A program made the translations under genes and the position numbers. Below, piece after piece: positions 31,259 to 32,283 of a DNA stretch of 32,283 nt; within the stretch, counting starts at the first letter, position 1; every line of letters starts with the position of its first letter. Under the pieces are notes generated by a model that saw only the letters and a list, made by a program, of their open reading frames with translations, had not been told where the DNA came from and did not search any database. Origin of the DNA: a virus; IMG/VR virus record IMGVR_UViG_3300009124_000056, positions 1 through 32,283 of that record; one strand, 5' to 3'.

Positions 31259-32042
31259 CGTGCGCCTCTTTAATTGCCCACAGTATCCGCGCCGCCACTT
31301 GCGGCACGATGCTATTGCCTAATTGTCTAACTCTGTATACCCGACCGGGTATCCCATAAGCCACTCGACCCACTGCGGGTTCAGGCTCCCAGAACTGTGG
31401 GGCTTGCCATCTGCCTGTGTTGCGACTGCCGTCAGACTTGGGGTGTTGCGGTTGTATTCCGATGGGAACCCCCCCTCTTTGTGAATGTGCGCTGTCGGCG
31501 TTGGAAACCATCCGCTTTTCATTGATGGTGCCATTTCGTTCGCCGTAGCTGTTGGCGTGTGCAACAATCCAGCATCTGTCTCTGCGGTGGTAGGCATCTG
31601 CGGCGACAGCCGGAATAACAAAGCACCTTGTTTGGTATCCTTCGGCTTCCAAGTCAGAAAGCACCTCGTCGAGGCCCATAGAGATGTGTCCAGCAACATT
31701 TTCTCCAATAACCCAAGTCGGCCTGACAGCTTGGATAATTCTAAGCATTTCCGGCCAGAGGTGTCTGTCATCTTTATCGCCTCGTCTGACCCCGGCAAGC
31801 GAGAATGGCTGGCAGGGGTATCCCCCGACAACGATGTCAACCAATCCTCTAAATCTATCTGCGTCATTCGCTAACTCCCTCACGTCATCAATTATCTCTG
31901 TTTCAGGCCAATGCTTTCGCAATACTTTCTGCGCGTGTTTATCATATTCGCAAAACGCTACTGTCTCATAGCCACCCACCAGCTTTTCGCCGGCATAACT
32001 AAAACCGCCAATGCCGCTGAATAAGTCAAGCATTCTAAGCAT
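31251..32042 (-). CDS. DNA (cytosine-5)-methyltransferase
   Basis: Motif I LFSGIGGF, motif IV GGYPCQPFSLAG, motif VI VIGENV, motif VIII QTRCFVIP..RRDRCWIVA and motif X QLGNSIVPQVA. The ATG at 32042 overlaps the upstream stop (GATGCTTAG). Confidence 0.9.
   Translation of the reverse strand: MLRMLDLFSGIGGFSYAGEKLVGGYETVAFCEYDKHAQKVLRKHWPETEIIDDVRELANDADRFRGLVDIVVGGYPCQPFSLAGVRRGDKDDRHLWPEMLRIIQAVRPTWVIGENVAGHISMGLDEVLSDLEAEGYQTRCFVIPAVAADAYHRRDRCWIVAHANSYGERNGTINEKRMVSNADSAHSQRGGVPIGIQPQHPKSDGSRNTGRWQAPQFWEPEPAVGRVAYGIPGRVYRVRQLGNSIVPQVAARILWAIKEAHDA
31319..31867 (-). CDS. Nested +1-frame ORF (182 codons) entirely inside the methyltransferase gene; candidate overprinted gene or frame-switch product
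   Basis: The ATG at 31867 is preceded by GAGGGAG (31881..31875) with a 7-nt spacer. It is the longest same-strand out-of-frame ORF in the window. The translation contains LLHTPTATAN, WFPTPTAH and LNPQWVEWLMGYPVGYT. Confidence 0.35.
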   Translation of the reverse strand: MTQIDLEDWLTSLSGDTPASHSRLPGSDEAIKMTDTSGRKCLELSKLSGRLGLLEKMLLDTSLWASTRCFLTWKPKDTKQGALLFRLSPQMPTTAETDAGLLHTPTATANEMAPSMKSGWFPTPTAHIHKEGGFPSEYNRNTPSLTAVATQADGKPHSSGSLNPQWVEWLMGYPVGYTELDN

Positions 32043-32283
32043 CAGCCAAATGCTCCCGCACAATCATCATCGCCGTCACTTGGTCACACTCGACAGCGTA
32101 GCGCCAGTCGTATTGCTCCGCTATGTCACCGGCTGGCACGTTGCCATCCATATTGACTACTGCCGCCACCGGGAAGCGCCACCGTATTGGCAGGCGGTCA
32201 TATTTATAGACTAGCAGTGGTAGTTTGTTGGTTGCCAGCGCACTGTCGCACGTCTGCACCCACCACTGCGGCTGTATGCCGTA
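32035..32283 (-). CDS. C-terminal part of the Hjc/RecU-like nuclease that starts at 236 across the circular junction
   Basis: The frame is continuous through the 50-bp overlap (position 2 equals 32235). The sequence ..WWVQTCDSALATNKLPLLVYKYDRLPIRWRF.. runs to the stop at 32035. Confidence 0.7.
   Translation of the reverse strand, partial: YGIQPQWWVQTCDSALATNKLPLLVYKYDRLPIRWRFPVAAVVNMDGNVPAGDIAEQYDWRYAVECDQVTAMMIVREHLADA
32234..32283. repeat. Second copy of the 50-bp terminal overlap (identical to 1..50)
   Basis: Direct comparison of the two window ends. Confidence 0.95.

Noticed and set aside
1-32283. A CRISPR array, a diversity-generating retroelement, or transposase/IS elements
   Set aside because: There are no regularly spaced direct repeats with spacers, no reverse-transcriptase-like ORF, no template/variable repeat pair and no transposase-like ORF on either strand.

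Overview
The window looks like a complete small tailed-phage genome. The first 50 bp are identical to the last 50 bp, so the unit is 32,233 bp, either circularly closed or terminally redundant, and one minus-strand ORF stays in frame across the join. About 90% of the coding is on the minus strand. Read from high to low coordinates, the modules are: (1) An early and DNA-metabolism module: RHH regulator, Hjc-like nuclease, C5 cytosine methyltransferase, T7 endonuclease-I-like nuclease, SSB-like protein, TOPRIM/RecA-type primase-helicase, a protein ending in DDDIPF, a wHTH initiator-like protein and small zinc-finger proteins. (2) A packaging module: TerS, TerL, a GNAT-like protein and five very basic small proteins. 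(3) A T7-ordered virion module: portal, scaffold, capsid, tubular A and B, four internal virion proteins and a tail fibre, followed by three tandem small fibre-tip-like paralogs. (4) A lysis block with an M15 endolysin and a holin-like protein. A short divergent plus-strand operon (556..3079) encodes a small serine recombinase, a YqaJ-type exonuclease and a LexA DNA-binding-domain-only protein. It ends at a bidirectional terminator. I found no phage RNA polymerase, DNA polymerase, tRNA, CRISPR array or tyrosine integrase. The observations most worth follow-up are: a 182-codon +1-frame ORF with its own Shine-Dalgarno nested inside the methyltransferase gene; a replication-module protein ending in the bacterial SSB tip DDDIPF; a repeat-rich intergenic region (28174..28292) with a perfect hairpin and a T7-promoter-like core; the truncated LexA mimic; the cassette-like fibre-tip paralogs; and the basic-protein cluster next to a GNAT. 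All family assignments rest on motifs read by eye and recalled family signatures, because no database search was possible.
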